From a virus, in the IMG/VR virus record IMGVR_UViG_3300045999_011383: DNA of 64,000 nucleotides. One strand, written 5' to 3'. Under the pieces are notes generated by a model, which saw only the letters and a program-made list of their open reading frames with translations, searched no databases and was not told the origin of the DNA. Of the stretch, positions 41,388 through 50,624 are shown piece by piece (position 1 is the stretch's first letter; each line of letters opens with the position of its first letter). The translations under genes were made by a program, and so were the position numbers.

Positions 41388-42562
41388 TGGGAAAACACTT
41401 AATAAGACACTACGGACGGTATATTTATCGTCATGAAGATTATCAGGCGATTTGTCAAGGGGATGACTGCGCCGCACAAGTTCTTAGTTTATTTGAGTTC
41501 TGGACCAGTTGCCGAATAGAAGAGATTCGGCGTGTACAAAGCTACAACGATCAAAACAAGAAAAATACTTCTCTTGTTTTGCAAGTACCAACGATGTGGT
41601 TGTACGAAACCACTGAAGATATAAGCATAGGCATATTAAATGCCTATGGCGACTCGTCCATAAGGAAGTCAGTTAAAAAGCTTCTTGACTGGGGGTTTCT
41701 TGATTCAAGAAATTCTAAGCACAATTTTGATCGAACTAAAGAATACAGATTTAACACTGATGTGATTCAATCAGCACTAGATCAGTGGAACAATCAAAAT
41801 CAAGATGTAAACGCTGAAAGCATTGATAAATCCGATCCGTTAAAAACAACGTTGGAGTCGGTGAAAAAAACGTTGGAGTCGGTGAAAAAAACGTCGGAGT
41901 CGGTGATTTTAGAGGATGATCTATATTCTTCTAACATTCAAATTAAACAATCAGATTTAACAGCAGGGGTGAAAAGACCAGAAGTAGAAAATCAACTTGT
42001 GGATTTAAACCCAAACCACTCTAGAACTTTTGATTTAAAAGGAAGTCTTTCCCATAACCCGATAACCCCTCCAGAGGGTCAATTTGCGCCCGCCGCCCCG
42101 GCGCGTCTTGACAAAGCGAATATTACTGAACCATTTGGAAGGCCGCGCAAGACGGCTAAAGAAATAGCCTGGGAATGGCTACCAGATGGACCGTGGAAGA
42201 AAGAAGGGCAACTGGATAATGAGTTCTGGCAATGGCTCGCGTTGCAGTGGATGTCGCAGTTTGGCACTGATATCCATCAGGCGAGGGCTAACGTCTACAG
42301 CCACTTCAAAAAGGACACTAACAACCTAGAAATCCGATGGAAGGAATATTCCATCAAAACCAAAAAAGAGGTGGCTGTAACACCCCTTCCTGAAATTGTA
42401 TTAACGTGGCTGCCTATGCAGCATCAGGTCGTATGGGAACAGTACATCAACTGCAAGAGCCTAGAAGAATTTTATAGCAAGCGCAGTTGGAATCAAGCGT
42501 ATTTGGAGTACGCATTAATCAATCAAGCCAACTTTGATTGGTCTAAACATTTATCTGCATAA
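41387..42562 (+). CDS. replication initiator (lambda O-like logic: iterons inside the gene)
   Basis: 391 aa with a wHTH-like N-terminal half. It contains 3 phased iterons that encode TLESVKK repeats, and it lies directly upstream of dnaB. Confidence 0.55.
   Translation: MGKHLIRHYGRYIYRHEDYQAICQGDDCAAQVLSLFEFWTSCRIEEIRRVQSYNDQNKKNTSLVLQVPTMWLYETTEDISIGILNAYGDSSIRKSVKKLLDWGFLDSRNSKHNFDRTKEYRFNTDVIQSALDQWNNQNQDVNAESIDKSDPLKTTLESVKKTLESVKKTSESVILEDDLYSSNIQIKQSDLTAGVKRPEVENQLVDLNPNHSRTFDLKGSLSHNPITPPEGQFAPAAPARLDKANITEPFGRPRKTAKEIAWEWLPDGPWKKEGQLDNEFWQWLALQWMSQFGTDIHQARANVYSHFKKDTNNLEIRWKEYSIKTKKEVAVTPLPEIVLTWLPMQHQVVWEQYINCKSLEEFYSKRSWNQAYLEYALINQANFDWSKHLSA
41848..41901. repeat. three 21-bp-phased iterons AACG(T)(T/C)GGAGTC inside the initiator gene
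   Basis: Cores at 41848, 41869 and 41890. The flanking CCGATCCGTTAAAAA also precedes the 23700 cluster. Confidence 0.7.
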
Positions 42563-42582
42563 CAATACCCAGGTCAACTACC

Positions 42583-43920
42583 ATGTTTACTCAAGAAACT
42601 TTAGTACCGCCTCAAAGCATTGAGGCTGAAGAAGCTATTTTAGGCGGAATCTTACTAGATCCCGAAGCGATCGCGCGAGTATCTGATCTCTTACCCTCTG
42701 AAGGGTTCTATGTTGATGCACACGCAGTCATTTATAAGGCTGCTTTACACCTTCATGCTCAACACAAACCTACAGATTTATTGTCTATGGCTAATTACTT
42801 AGCCGATAATGAACAACTAACAAGAGTTGGCGGTAGAAATAAATTAGCCACTTTAATAGACCGTACCGTTTCGGCTGTTAATATTGACGCTTTAGCAGGG
42901 TTGGTTGTGGAAAAATACCAGCGACGACAGCTAATTAAGACCCTTAATGAGTCATTAAGAATAGCATGGGATGCTTCTTTGTCTGTCCATGAAGCCGTTG
43001 AAGAGTGTCAACGGAAGATTCTGGACATAAGCACTACCGAAGCAAAGTCAGAATTAGTCCATATCAGCAGTGCCGTTACTTCTTTGTACACAGAGAAGTA
43101 TGAAATCCAAAAAGGGGAACGACCCGCCCCTATCAAGACGGGATTTTATGATCTGGACAACCGATTAGGAGGGTTGCATAAAAAATTACTTTACATCTTG
43201 GCTGGGAGGCCAAGCATGGGTAAAACCGCTTGTGCTATGGCGATCGCCTGGCACGTTGCTAACTCTTTAAAGGAAAATGTTTTTGTATTTTCCCTGGAAA
43301 CATCTAAGGAAGATTTAGCGGTTAGGTTAGCCGCTAAGATCACCCGAACCTGTCTGAACCAGTTCGTAAAAAACCAACTCACTCAAAACGAGTGGAATGA
43401 GTTTTTCAATTTAACTCAGTCGCAAATATTGGCTGATTCAAGGCTGTTTGTTTGTGACAATTTCAGTATTTCTCCTATGGAAATGAGAAATACAATTAGG
43501 CAAAAAAGAGCCAGGACTGGGGACGTGGGACTGATTGTGGTTGATCACCTCACCCTGCTTGCTAGGAATGACAAGTCCAATGGCAGGGACTTTCGGATCA
43601 AAGTTGGCGACACCAGCCGAATGCTCAAGGAATTAGCGGGAGAACTTAATTGTCCGGTGCTGGCTTTGTCTCAATTGAATCGAGCCACTGAAAGCCGGAC
43701 AGACAAGAGGCCTACCATGGGTGACTTATCCGAAAGCGGGAACATTGAGCAAGATGCAGACGCTATCACGATGATCTATCGTGATGAATACTACAATAAA
43801 GAAACCACAGACGTAGGTGTAGCTGAATTGATTACCACAAAGGCACGTAACGCCGAAACGGGAACAGACAGGTTGCTGTTTGATGGCCAGTATTCAGAGT
43901 TTAAGAACTTAGCTTACTAG
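42583..43920 (+). CDS. dnaB: replicative DNA helicase
   Basis: N-terminal PPQSIEAEEAILGGILLDPEA, Walker A GRPSMGKT, Walker B IVVDHL, and LSQLNR. Confidence 0.9.
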   Translation: MFTQETLVPPQSIEAEEAILGGILLDPEAIARVSDLLPSEGFYVDAHAVIYKAALHLHAQHKPTDLLSMANYLADNEQLTRVGGRNKLATLIDRTVSAVNIDALAGLVVEKYQRRQLIKTLNESLRIAWDASLSVHEAVEECQRKILDISTTEAKSELVHISSAVTSLYTEKYEIQKGERPAPIKTGFYDLDNRLGGLHKKLLYILAGRPSMGKTACAMAIAWHVANSLKENVFVFSLETSKEDLAVRLAAKITRTCLNQFVKNQLTQNEWNEFFNLTQSQILADSRLFVCDNFSISPMEMRNTIRQKRARTGDVGLIVVDHLTLLARNDKSNGRDFRIKVGDTSRMLKELAGELNCPVLALSQLNRATESRTDKRPTMGDLSESGNIEQDADAITMIYRDEYYNKETTDVGVAELITTKARNAETGTDRLLFDGQYSEFKNLAY

Positions 43921-43948
43921 TACATCAATAAAAGTAAATAATTACCAA

Positions 43949-43980
43949 TTACCCACTTTGGTATAAGTGGGTAATTTTAT
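43949..43980 (+). terminator. rho-independent terminator
   Basis: TTACCCACTT-6 nt-AAGTGGGTAA stem followed by TTTTATTT. Confidence 0.65.
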
Positions 43981-44081
43981 TTGTACATCTATAAACATAT
44001 TTTTATTCCTATAGGCATTTAACATTTGATTTTATCATGCTAGATTGATTGTATCCATACACAATCACAAAGCGAGAATTT

Positions 44082-44288
44082 ATGAGCGGAAAGCCAAAAT
44101 ACGGTGAGGTCAAGATTCCTAAGCAAATCATGATTACTAATGACGCTAAACAAATCTATCGTGCTTATGCACGCTCTATAGGCACTAACAACAATGACTT
44201 AATTGAGCAAATGGCGCGAAACCCTGATGTATTAAGGGGTTTAGCCGATTTTGTGGAAAACAGAAAAAAGTTTTCCAAAACCACTTGA
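44082..44288 (+). CDS. small regulator-like protein, member of the 3-copy family
   Basis: The first ATG (MSGKPKYGE) gives 68 aa, the same length as 37855..38061. ARNPDVLRGLADFVENRKKFSKTT. Confidence 0.55.
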   Translation: MSGKPKYGEVKIPKQIMITNDAKQIYRAYARSIGTNNNDLIEQMARNPDVLRGLADFVENRKKFSKTT

Positions 44289-44313
44289 CACTTCCATCTT
44301 GTAATGATATTAT
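44285..44313 (+). promoter_or_regulatory. consensus-like sigma70 promoter overlapping the stop codon
   Basis: TTGACA, 17 nt, TATTAT. The TGA stop of 44082..44288 lies inside the -35 hexamer. Confidence 0.55.
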
Positions 44314-44396
44314 AGATATATAAACAAAAACGACCGCCCCTCCGACCAAGAAGTAAGCAGCCGTTTTGTTAGTCCCATACACAGGAATAACTTATC

Positions 44397-45203
44397 ATGA
44401 CACATCCAAAGTATTCTGTCAAGTTTTTACTCAAGAAAGGAATTAGCTACTGTAAGATGGTAGCTAAAGATTTAGGTGTCATCCCAGAGGGTGACAAAAG
44501 ACAATCGTTCACCTGGGCTGATGCCATAGTCAGTCACCAGGCTAATTTACAGCCTGAAAAAGTTGAAAAACAGCAGGTTGTTATTGAATACATCAAAGGT
44601 TTGACAACCTGCGACTTGGCAGCGTATGTCGTCAAAGATTTGGATGGAAACATCATAAGAGACGATTTCCGCACTTACGCAGCCGCAGAGCGATGGGCTG
44701 CTAGTAGATTTGAAGTCATAGACCGAGAGACTTTTGTCCAGCAAAAGATTATTGATCTTCTTGAAAATCAAATTCAAGAAACAAAAGAAAAGATAATAAT
44801 TCATGAAATAGACTTCGGTTACGCTGAAGTCCGCAGAGGACAAGACGTTGTGGCCACTATTAGCCATAACTTTGACAATGGTAGCTGGGAAGTCCAGTTA
44901 AAAGGGCGATTTGAAAGCTTTTTGACTTACGCAGAGGCGGAAGCCTTTGCAATTAATTACATAGATGAGCGGGGTAGTGGTAGGGTTATGCCGCTAAAAA
45001 AAGAACCAAATTATACCCTCGAAGATCAGCAGATCAGTGATCCGCTCGGTGAGCGCTACACCGTTCGCCTTAAAGGACATTTAGCCGGGAATATCTGGCT
45101 TGACATTAATAAGGGATGGACATTGGGTAGTAGTCACTACTACCCAGAGCCTTTGGCGGCTGCCAAAGCACTAGCAAAACTAACAAGAAAGGAATTAGTG
45201 TGA
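44397..45203 (+). CDS. hypothetical protein
   Basis: 268-aa ORF. Confidence 0.5.
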   Translation: MTHPKYSVKFLLKKGISYCKMVAKDLGVIPEGDKRQSFTWADAIVSHQANLQPEKVEKQQVVIEYIKGLTTCDLAAYVVKDLDGNIIRDDFRTYAAAERWAASRFEVIDRETFVQQKIIDLLENQIQETKEKIIIHEIDFGYAEVRRGQDVVATISHNFDNGSWEVQLKGRFESFLTYAEAEAFAINYIDERGSGRVMPLKKEPNYTLEDQQISDPLGERYTVRLKGHLAGNIWLDINKGWTLGSSHYYPEPLAAAKALAKLTRKELV

Positions 45204-45367
45204 TGATAACAAAAACGAGGGCTTATCAAGAAGCTCTGCAAAATGCAGGAATAAATGAAAATTTAGCCCGTAATGCAGCCGTCGTGCTACGCGTTGACGA
45301 GTTTGGAAAACCCCGTACAGAGAGGGGTCAAAGGGTTATAGACAAACTACACAACAGTGCTAAATGA
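45203..45367 (+). CDS. possible 54-aa protein
   Basis: Its ATG overlaps the upstream TGA (TGATG). Hand-translated MITKTRAYQEALQNAGINENLARNAAVVLRVDEFGKPRTERGQRVIDKLHNSAK. Confidence 0.4.
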   Translation: MITKTRAYQEALQNAGINENLARNAAVVLRVDEFGKPRTERGQRVIDKLHNSAK

Positions 45368-45594
45368 GATTATTCAACTTATGTGATGAGACTTTTGTTC
45401 TCATCATAAAAACAGTGAAACTACTGGGAATAGTGGTATACTATCCAGTAGTTCTAAGCTCCAAAGAACCCTTTCTTTACGAGCAATATCAGAGGACAAA
45501 AGACTCTGATTACCTTCCTTTTTAATCCGAAGGCTGGGTGCGATGCCTTTATATCCGCACACTTGAAACAATTAAAGGACTAATCAAGGAACAC

Positions 45595-46737
45595 ATGGCT
45601 ACACTATTGGAACAATTCAAAGATCACACTATTGCATCAACTCAAATACCTTATTGTCAAATAATTTCCCCGCCCAACCTGGTTGCGGGCAAACTCTCTA
45701 AATGGGAGAATTTAATAGGCGAAATAGGCTTTTTTATTAAAGCCACAGAAGCTGAAAAAGCTGGATTTATGCCAGATGATACTTGGCAGCCCTACGAAGC
45801 TTCCCTGGGGTCTGGGACTGAAGTTGGTTTTATCACGCAGTCTCCAAAGTTTGCCATTATTCATAAGTCAAACCGAGAAATTCAATATCGTCCATCAAAA
45901 GACGATAGATACACCTTCGTAGGTTTGGCCTGGGAAAATGGCGCAGAAACGCCATTACTAGCAACCGCCAAAGCAGACAAAAACCACTATAAAGTGGTTG
46001 TTAGGCATCTTGTGCTTTTTTTAGGCAAAGATGATAAACCTCTGCACACCAGTCCAATTCAATACACTGCAAAAGGGGCGTTTGCTGCGTCTTTATATGC
46101 AGAAACAAAAGACCTTTATGAAAAGGTAGGCAAAACTTATTTTGCCAGACTTAAAATGGCTGGTAAGCCTTGTTCAGGTGGATTACTGTCGCCTTTCGCC
46201 TTGGCTTTTGTTAAAATTAATATGGAAATCGGATTCCAGCGCAACCATGAAAAAGAATCTCCGTTTTGCATACCTGTAGGGATAAAAATCCCTACAGTAG
46301 AGAACATTGGGATCTCGACGGAGTTTTACCGGAAAGCCGGAAATAGAAAAATTGTGTTTACTGGAGTCCCATTAGAGGACGTACTGTTGTCAATGTCCTC
46401 TGAAGCAGGAAAAGTAATAGCTCAGTGGTATTCTGAGCATCAATCATTTTCCAAGCCACGCAAAGAAATTCAAGTTTTTGAAGGCTGTGTTGAGTTTTCT
46501 CAAATATTAAAAAACGACTCAACAGGGGTTTTAGCCCTTTCCAAAGAAAACAAAAAATTTAATATTCCTGAAAATCTAGCCCACATTGCCATGGGCGGAA
46601 AGTGGGAAGTTATGGGGACCGTTGATGGTGATACAGTTATCGTCAAAACCGCAGAAGCGTTTGACGATGGTTACAGCCCTTTTGTTAAATCAGAATTTGC
46701 TGATGAATCAACGGCAGAAGATGATTACGGATTTTAG
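45595..46737 (+). CDS. hypothetical protein
   Basis: The first ATG follows AAGGA (MATLLEQFKD). The ORF-track start at 45538 is non-ATG. Confidence 0.55.
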   Translation: MATLLEQFKDHTIASTQIPYCQIISPPNLVAGKLSKWENLIGEIGFFIKATEAEKAGFMPDDTWQPYEASLGSGTEVGFITQSPKFAIIHKSNREIQYRPSKDDRYTFVGLAWENGAETPLLATAKADKNHYKVVVRHLVLFLGKDDKPLHTSPIQYTAKGAFAASLYAETKDLYEKVGKTYFARLKMAGKPCSGGLLSPFALAFVKINMEIGFQRNHEKESPFCIPVGIKIPTVENIGISTEFYRKAGNRKIVFTGVPLEDVLLSMSSEAGKVIAQWYSEHQSFSKPRKEIQVFEGCVEFSQILKNDSTGVLALSKENKKFNIPENLAHIAMGGKWEVMGTVDGDTVIVKTAEAFDDGYSPFVKSEFADESTAEDDYGF

Positions 46738-46808
46738 TTAAATTTAAATCATGTGATTGCACCCCAACGCGATCGCATGATTGGTAAAAAATGCAAGAAA
46801 GGAACAAG

Positions 46809-47021
46809 ATGAAAATATACCGACTTGACGAAAGCGTACCCAAGCCCGATTGGTGGCGCGAAGAAGACAACCTGAATGGGAGTAACCCAAAGAAAAAGAT
46901 ATGGGTTGAAGAAGCCGTCATGATTTTCGGGCAAATAGTTTACACCGAAAAATATAAATTGATATCCCGAAAAGAATGGAAGCGAAATGAAAAACATCGC
47001 CAACATAAAAACAGGTATTGA
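46809..47021 (+). CDS. hypothetical basic protein
   Basis: The MKIYRLDE start follows AAGGA. The plus strand fits the surrounding operon. Two overlapping minus-strand ORFs are rejected. Confidence 0.4.
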   Translation: MKIYRLDESVPKPDWWREEDNLNGSNPKKKIWVEEAVMIFGQIVYTEKYKLISRKEWKRNEKHRQHKNRY

Positions 47022-47051
47022 ATAGGGAAACAAAGCTTAAATTAATCATGC

Positions 47052-47108
47052 GATCGCGTGATTGGTAAAGAGGGAAAAACAGTGATCGCTCTTTTGTTGG
47101 GCGATCGC
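47052..47108 (+). repeat. 57-bp HIP1-containing intergenic repeat, copy 1
   Basis: GATCGCGTGATTGGTAAAGAGGGAAAAACAGTGATCGCTCTTTTGTTGGGCGATCGC, matching 48214..48270 at 55 of 57 positions. Confidence 0.7.
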
Positions 47109-47128
47109 ACTACCAGGAGAAAGCAAAA

Positions 47129-47395
47129 ATGATTGACATTGAAGAATTAATTTCATTTGACAATTACAAAACAGTGGGATATTACACTAGATCCCATGCA
47201 GACAAAAACTTTTTCTTAGAAGCTTTACTGAAGGAAAATGATTTCAACAAAGAGCCGGAGGTAAGTGATGTCAAACATGAATACTGGAAAATTGATGAGG
47301 AAATAGACGATGATTTAAAAGAATATTATTCTTTATCAGAGGAAGAAGATCCTCACTCATTCCCAATCACTGTGATTTATTTAGATCACCACTAG
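47129..47395 (+). CDS. small, highly acidic protein
   Basis: 88 aa, rich in Asp and Glu (EIDDDLKEYYSLSEEEDPH). Confidence 0.5.
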   Translation: MIDIEELISFDNYKTVGYYTRSHADKNFFLEALLKENDFNKEPEVSDVKHEYWKIDEEIDDDLKEYYSLSEEEDPHSFPITVIYLDHH

Positions 47396-47468
47396 TAAAA
47401 CTGAAAAGCAGAGACAACTATGGCTAGTACAAAAACAGGTATTGAATGAACAGGATTGGAGATTGAAC

Positions 47469-47831
47469 ATGAACATTGACTTAATAGAGCAAACCATTAA
47501 ATCGAGTCTGAGTTTTTACAGCACGGTCTTGAGTCCTGAGTTCGCCTCAAATAGCCAAGACCCTAATCATTCAATAAAGTTAAACTTGGTTAGAGAAGCT
47601 TTAGCCCTAAAAGCTGAAGCTGAATCTGAAAATATTGCTTGGGAAACAGCAGTGTTGATGATGGATGTTTACAAGGCAAGAAAGACTTATTCCAGAAGCG
47701 ATGAAGACGATTTTTTATTCAGTCTTCTGATGCTGAAGATGGGAAACGAACTGGGAATAAGTGTGGTATTAAGTTTTGCCCCTAACGTTATTTCGATTGC
47801 CAAACTATACAATAATAAGGAGTTGTACTAA
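47469..47831 (+). CDS. hypothetical protein
   Basis: First ATG (MNIDLIEQ) after GGAG. The ORF track starts at a TTG at 47442. Confidence 0.45.
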   Translation: MNIDLIEQTIKSSLSFYSTVLSPEFASNSQDPNHSIKLNLVREALALKAEAESENIAWETAVLMMDVYKARKTYSRSDEDDFLFSLLMLKMGNELGISVVLSFAPNVISIAKLYNNKELY

Positions 47832-48175
47832 TGTACAATTTACAGGACATTCCGCATTACGAACGCTCAGTGCTTTATCATATCATTAAAATAAGTTTAA
47901 ATGAGCAAATAGTATTAATGGATAAAGAGGCAACTTCAGAAAGATGGAATTTCATAAAACTCCATTATCAAGTTTTGGAGAAATTAACTGACATCACCTC
48001 TCCGTTAATGGTTGTTCAAGAGGAACTGGATTTCATGGTATTTATCGGGCGAATACTGGTGAACACTAGCTCACCAGTATTAGAGCAAAATAGACGATTA
48101 GTGTCTATGTTTGTTACGAAATGGACTTCTCGTGACTGGCTTCAAAGCCAAGCGAAAAAAGCATTTAGTGTATAA
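47831..48175 (+). CDS. hypothetical protein
   Basis: 114-aa ORF. Its ATG overlaps the previous stop (TAATG). Confidence 0.5.
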   Translation: MYNLQDIPHYERSVLYHIIKISLNEQIVLMDKEATSERWNFIKLHYQVLEKLTDITSPLMVVQEELDFMVFIGRILVNTSSPVLEQNRRLVSMFVTKWTSRDWLQSQAKKAFSV

Positions 48176-48213
48176 GAGACAAAACTTAAAATGATTATGC
48201 GATCGCACAACGT

Positions 48214-48270
48214 GATCGCGTGATTAGTAAAGAGGAAAAAACAGTGATCGCTCTTTTGTTGGGCGATCGC
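48214..48270 (+). repeat. 57-bp HIP1-containing intergenic repeat, copy 2
   Basis: See copy 1. A partial third copy (GCGATCGCATGATTGGTAAA) lies at about 46762..46785. Confidence 0.7.
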
Positions 48271-48292
48271 GCTCACAGCAACCAAGGAAAGA

Positions 48293-48487
48293 ATGCAGTA
48301 TATTGGATACCTTTTGATTGGCGATGAAAAAATAAAAGTTGTTGTTAAGCAAGGGAAGGCGTATCGCTCTTTAAAAATTAGACAATCTGGAGCAGACGGT
48401 GATTTTTTAGCTAATGAAAGTGATCAGTTTTCTAATTATCCCTCTCTGATCAGGGAGCTAAAAATGGGAAGGCAGATTTCAGTTTAA
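48293..48487 (+). CDS. hypothetical protein
   Basis: 64-aa ORF. Confidence 0.4.
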   Translation: MQYIGYLLIGDEKIKVVVKQGKAYRSLKIRQSGADGDFLANESDQFSNYPSLIRELKMGRQISV

Positions 48488-48508
48488 AAATAAGTTAACA
48501 GAGGTAAT

Positions 48509-49267
48509 ATGGCTAGTGTAAATACAGGCATTGAATGGACAGATAAAACCTGGAATCCTACCACAGGTTGCGACAAAGTTAGCCCAGGTTGCTTACATTG
48601 TTACGCAGAGACTTTAACTAACCGATTCCCCAAATCTTTTCCTTATGGATTTGATTTAACGCTATATCCAGAAAGACTGAAAGAGCCTTTAAAATGGCGT
48701 ACTCCCAGTAGAATCTTTGTTAATAGCATGAGTGACTTATTCCACAAAAAAGTACCCTTAGATTTTATTCAAGAGGTCTTTAAAGTCATTCAGGCTACCC
48801 CTCACCATGTCTATCAAATATTAACAAAAAGACCGGAGCGATTAGTTGAATTATCACCACATCTAGAGTTTCATAAAAATATCTGGTTAGGTGTATCAGT
48901 GGAAAATCAAAGTTATGTTTCTCGTATTGACTTACTGCGTCAAGTACCAGCAAATGTGCGGTTTCTGTCTTGTGAGCCATTGCTAGGTTCATTAAACCTT
49001 GACCTCACAGGCATTGATTGGGTCATTGTTGGTGGGGAATCTGGACAAAAACACCGTCCGATGAAAATTGAATGGGCTGAAAGTATCCGTGATCAATGTC
49101 AAAAAGCAAAAGTAGCATTTTTCTTTAAACAAGTTGGTGGTAAAACTCCTAAGTCTGGAGGTAGTCTTTTAAGCGGACAATTGTTACAGCAAATGCCCGC
49201 TGCTTGGGAAAAACACCAAGCTACTGCTTGGCTTAAACAGCCTAAGCAAGTTGCTTTGTTTAACTAG
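48509..49267 (+). CDS. phage Gp37/Gp68-family (DUF5131-like) protein
   Basis: Signature N-terminus GIEWTDKTWNPTTGCDKVSPGCLHCYAE. The C-terminus is KQVALFN. Confidence 0.75.
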   Translation: MASVNTGIEWTDKTWNPTTGCDKVSPGCLHCYAETLTNRFPKSFPYGFDLTLYPERLKEPLKWRTPSRIFVNSMSDLFHKKVPLDFIQEVFKVIQATPHHVYQILTKRPERLVELSPHLEFHKNIWLGVSVENQSYVSRIDLLRQVPANVRFLSCEPLLGSLNLDLTGIDWVIVGGESGQKHRPMKIEWAESIRDQCQKAKVAFFFKQVGGKTPKSGGSLLSGQLLQQMPAAWEKHQATAWLKQPKQVALFN

Positions 49268-49325
49268 TTCAAAAGGGTAGGTAGCCGCCAAGCAAAACCT
49301 ACCCTATATCACACAGGAAGTGACC

Positions 49326-49454
49326 ATGAAAAAATACCAAATTCTATTGCTGTTAATAGCAACTTTAACAATTTTTAACATTGCCAGTCCTGTACCGGCA
49401 GCCCGTGACGATCAGACGGGTGAGTGCATTAAAAAAGGTAAGTGTAAAGACTAA
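49326..49454 (+). CDS. 42-aa secreted peptide candidate
   Basis: AGGAAG lies 7 nt upstream. MKKYQILLLLIATLTIFNIASPVPAARDDQTGECIKKGKCKD, followed by a strong terminator. Confidence 0.5.
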   Translation: MKKYQILLLLIATLTIFNIASPVPAARDDQTGECIKKGKCKD

Positions 49455-49460
49455 TACAAA

Positions 49461-49486
49461 ACCCGCTAGTAGTAGCGGGTTTTTTT
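49461..49486. terminator. bidirectional rho-independent terminator
   Basis: ACCCGCTA-4 nt-TAGCGGGT stem followed by TTTTTT, with an A-rich stretch upstream. It lies between convergent genes. Confidence 0.75.
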
Positions 49487-49495
49487 AATGATTAA

Positions 49496-49990
49496 TTACG
49501 GATTAGCGATCGCACTAATTTGATGTATGCGTTTTACTAGTAGTCCGTTGTCTATTTCCGCTTGCTGTTTTTCCAGTTCTAATGCGTTTAGTTGCTCGCT
49601 CAATTGTTTTAGCTGTAGTAGGGATTGTCCATACTTGTCCTGAGTTTCAAGTAAGTCTGTCTGTAATTTTTCCTTCTCAGATTGCAGTTCATTAATCTGC
49701 GTTTGTAGTTGCAGATTGTGTTTGAAGCTGATGATTCCCCTTACTTCATCTAAGCTGCAATCATAATTAGGGACTACCCAAGATTCAATAGGAAGAAAAG
49801 CACCATCACGAGATAAAGAGTAGTCCACCAAAAATACCCTGTCTTGAGGTGTGGGTGGCAATTCAATGGTAATTTGCCCTTCATTAATTTCATAGGTATT
49901 AATGCCCGCCGTTACCCCAAGAAATGGAATATTTGGCTTGAGTCTAACAAAGCCTCGCTGAATATCTAATGACCCTGATATTTTGACCAT
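49496..49990 (-). CDS. tail-module protein with a C-terminal coiled coil
   Basis: 164-aa ORF, last gene of the minus-strand structural string. Confidence 0.5.
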   Translation of the reverse strand: MVKISGSLDIQRGFVRLKPNIPFLGVTAGINTYEINEGQITIELPPTPQDRVFLVDYSLSRDGAFLPIESWVVPNYDCSLDEVRGIISFKHNLQLQTQINELQSEKEKLQTDLLETQDKYGQSLLQLKQLSEQLNALELEKQQAEIDNGLLVKRIHQISAIANP

Positions 49991-49991
49991 C

Positions 49992-50624
49992 TTAACCTCT
50001 TATCCTTGCAACTGCGGGGAAACCACCAAATTTAAGTGTGTGTCCATGATACTGCTTACACATCTCTAAATCCTTGCGACAGGCTCTTTTGTCCGGTGTC
50101 GTTGTTTGTCCAAAGATATCAAAATGTACATTAGTGGGTGCTTGGCAATCACCATCACTCAAAGTGTACTGACATCTTTTAGAGTAAGTCCGGGCTGGTA
50201 GCTTTTTCCTTTCTAGGGAATAGGGAGAAAGGGCAAAGCTGAATTGATTTTGATACTCACCTGTATACTGAGATATCTCTAGTAGGAGCGGAAAAAACTG
50301 ACTACTATCTGCTGTGGGTTGTCCGTCTAAAAACATTGGTAATGTTTGTTTAACAATGACTTCAGCCTTAATAACTTCGTGAGCATCAATAATGTCGCCT
50401 ACTAATCCAGAAATATCGGATACAATCAAGGAAGTACGCGCCTCAACGCTTTCCCCACTTCTACCAAAGCTCCCTAGTTGACAGGGGTAGCCTTGGTAGA
50501 AAACACCGCCAAAGGATACCGAGCCATAATTGCAGATTTTAATATCAAAGTCATTGGTTTTGATTTGAATTAAATCAATTAAAACCTCAGAATCTAATGA
50601 TTGGTTGGCTGCTATTAATGTCAT
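49992..50624 (-). CDS. minor tail protein L-like
   Basis: 210 aa with a C-terminal four-Cys cluster (CQYTLSDGDC...CRKDLEMC) and an FGGFP ending, as I recall for lambda gpL-type proteins. Confidence 0.5.
   Translation of the reverse strand: MTLIAANQSLDSEVLIDLIQIKTNDFDIKICNYGSVSFGGVFYQGYPCQLGSFGRSGESVEARTSLIVSDISGLVGDIIDAHEVIKAEVIVKQTLPMFLDGQPTADSSQFFPLLLEISQYTGEYQNQFSFALSPYSLERKKLPARTYSKRCQYTLSDGDCQAPTNVHFDIFGQTTTPDKRACRKDLEMCKQYHGHTLKFGGFPAVARIRG

Noticed and set aside
46685-47033. Two minus-strand ORFs (78 and 94 aa) overlapping the 46809..47021 plus-strand gene.
   Set aside because: All neighbouring genes are on the plus strand, with ribosome-binding sites and repeat-bounded cassettes. 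The minus-strand readings are hydrophobic, low-complexity shadows. Confidence in the plus-strand call is itself only moderate.
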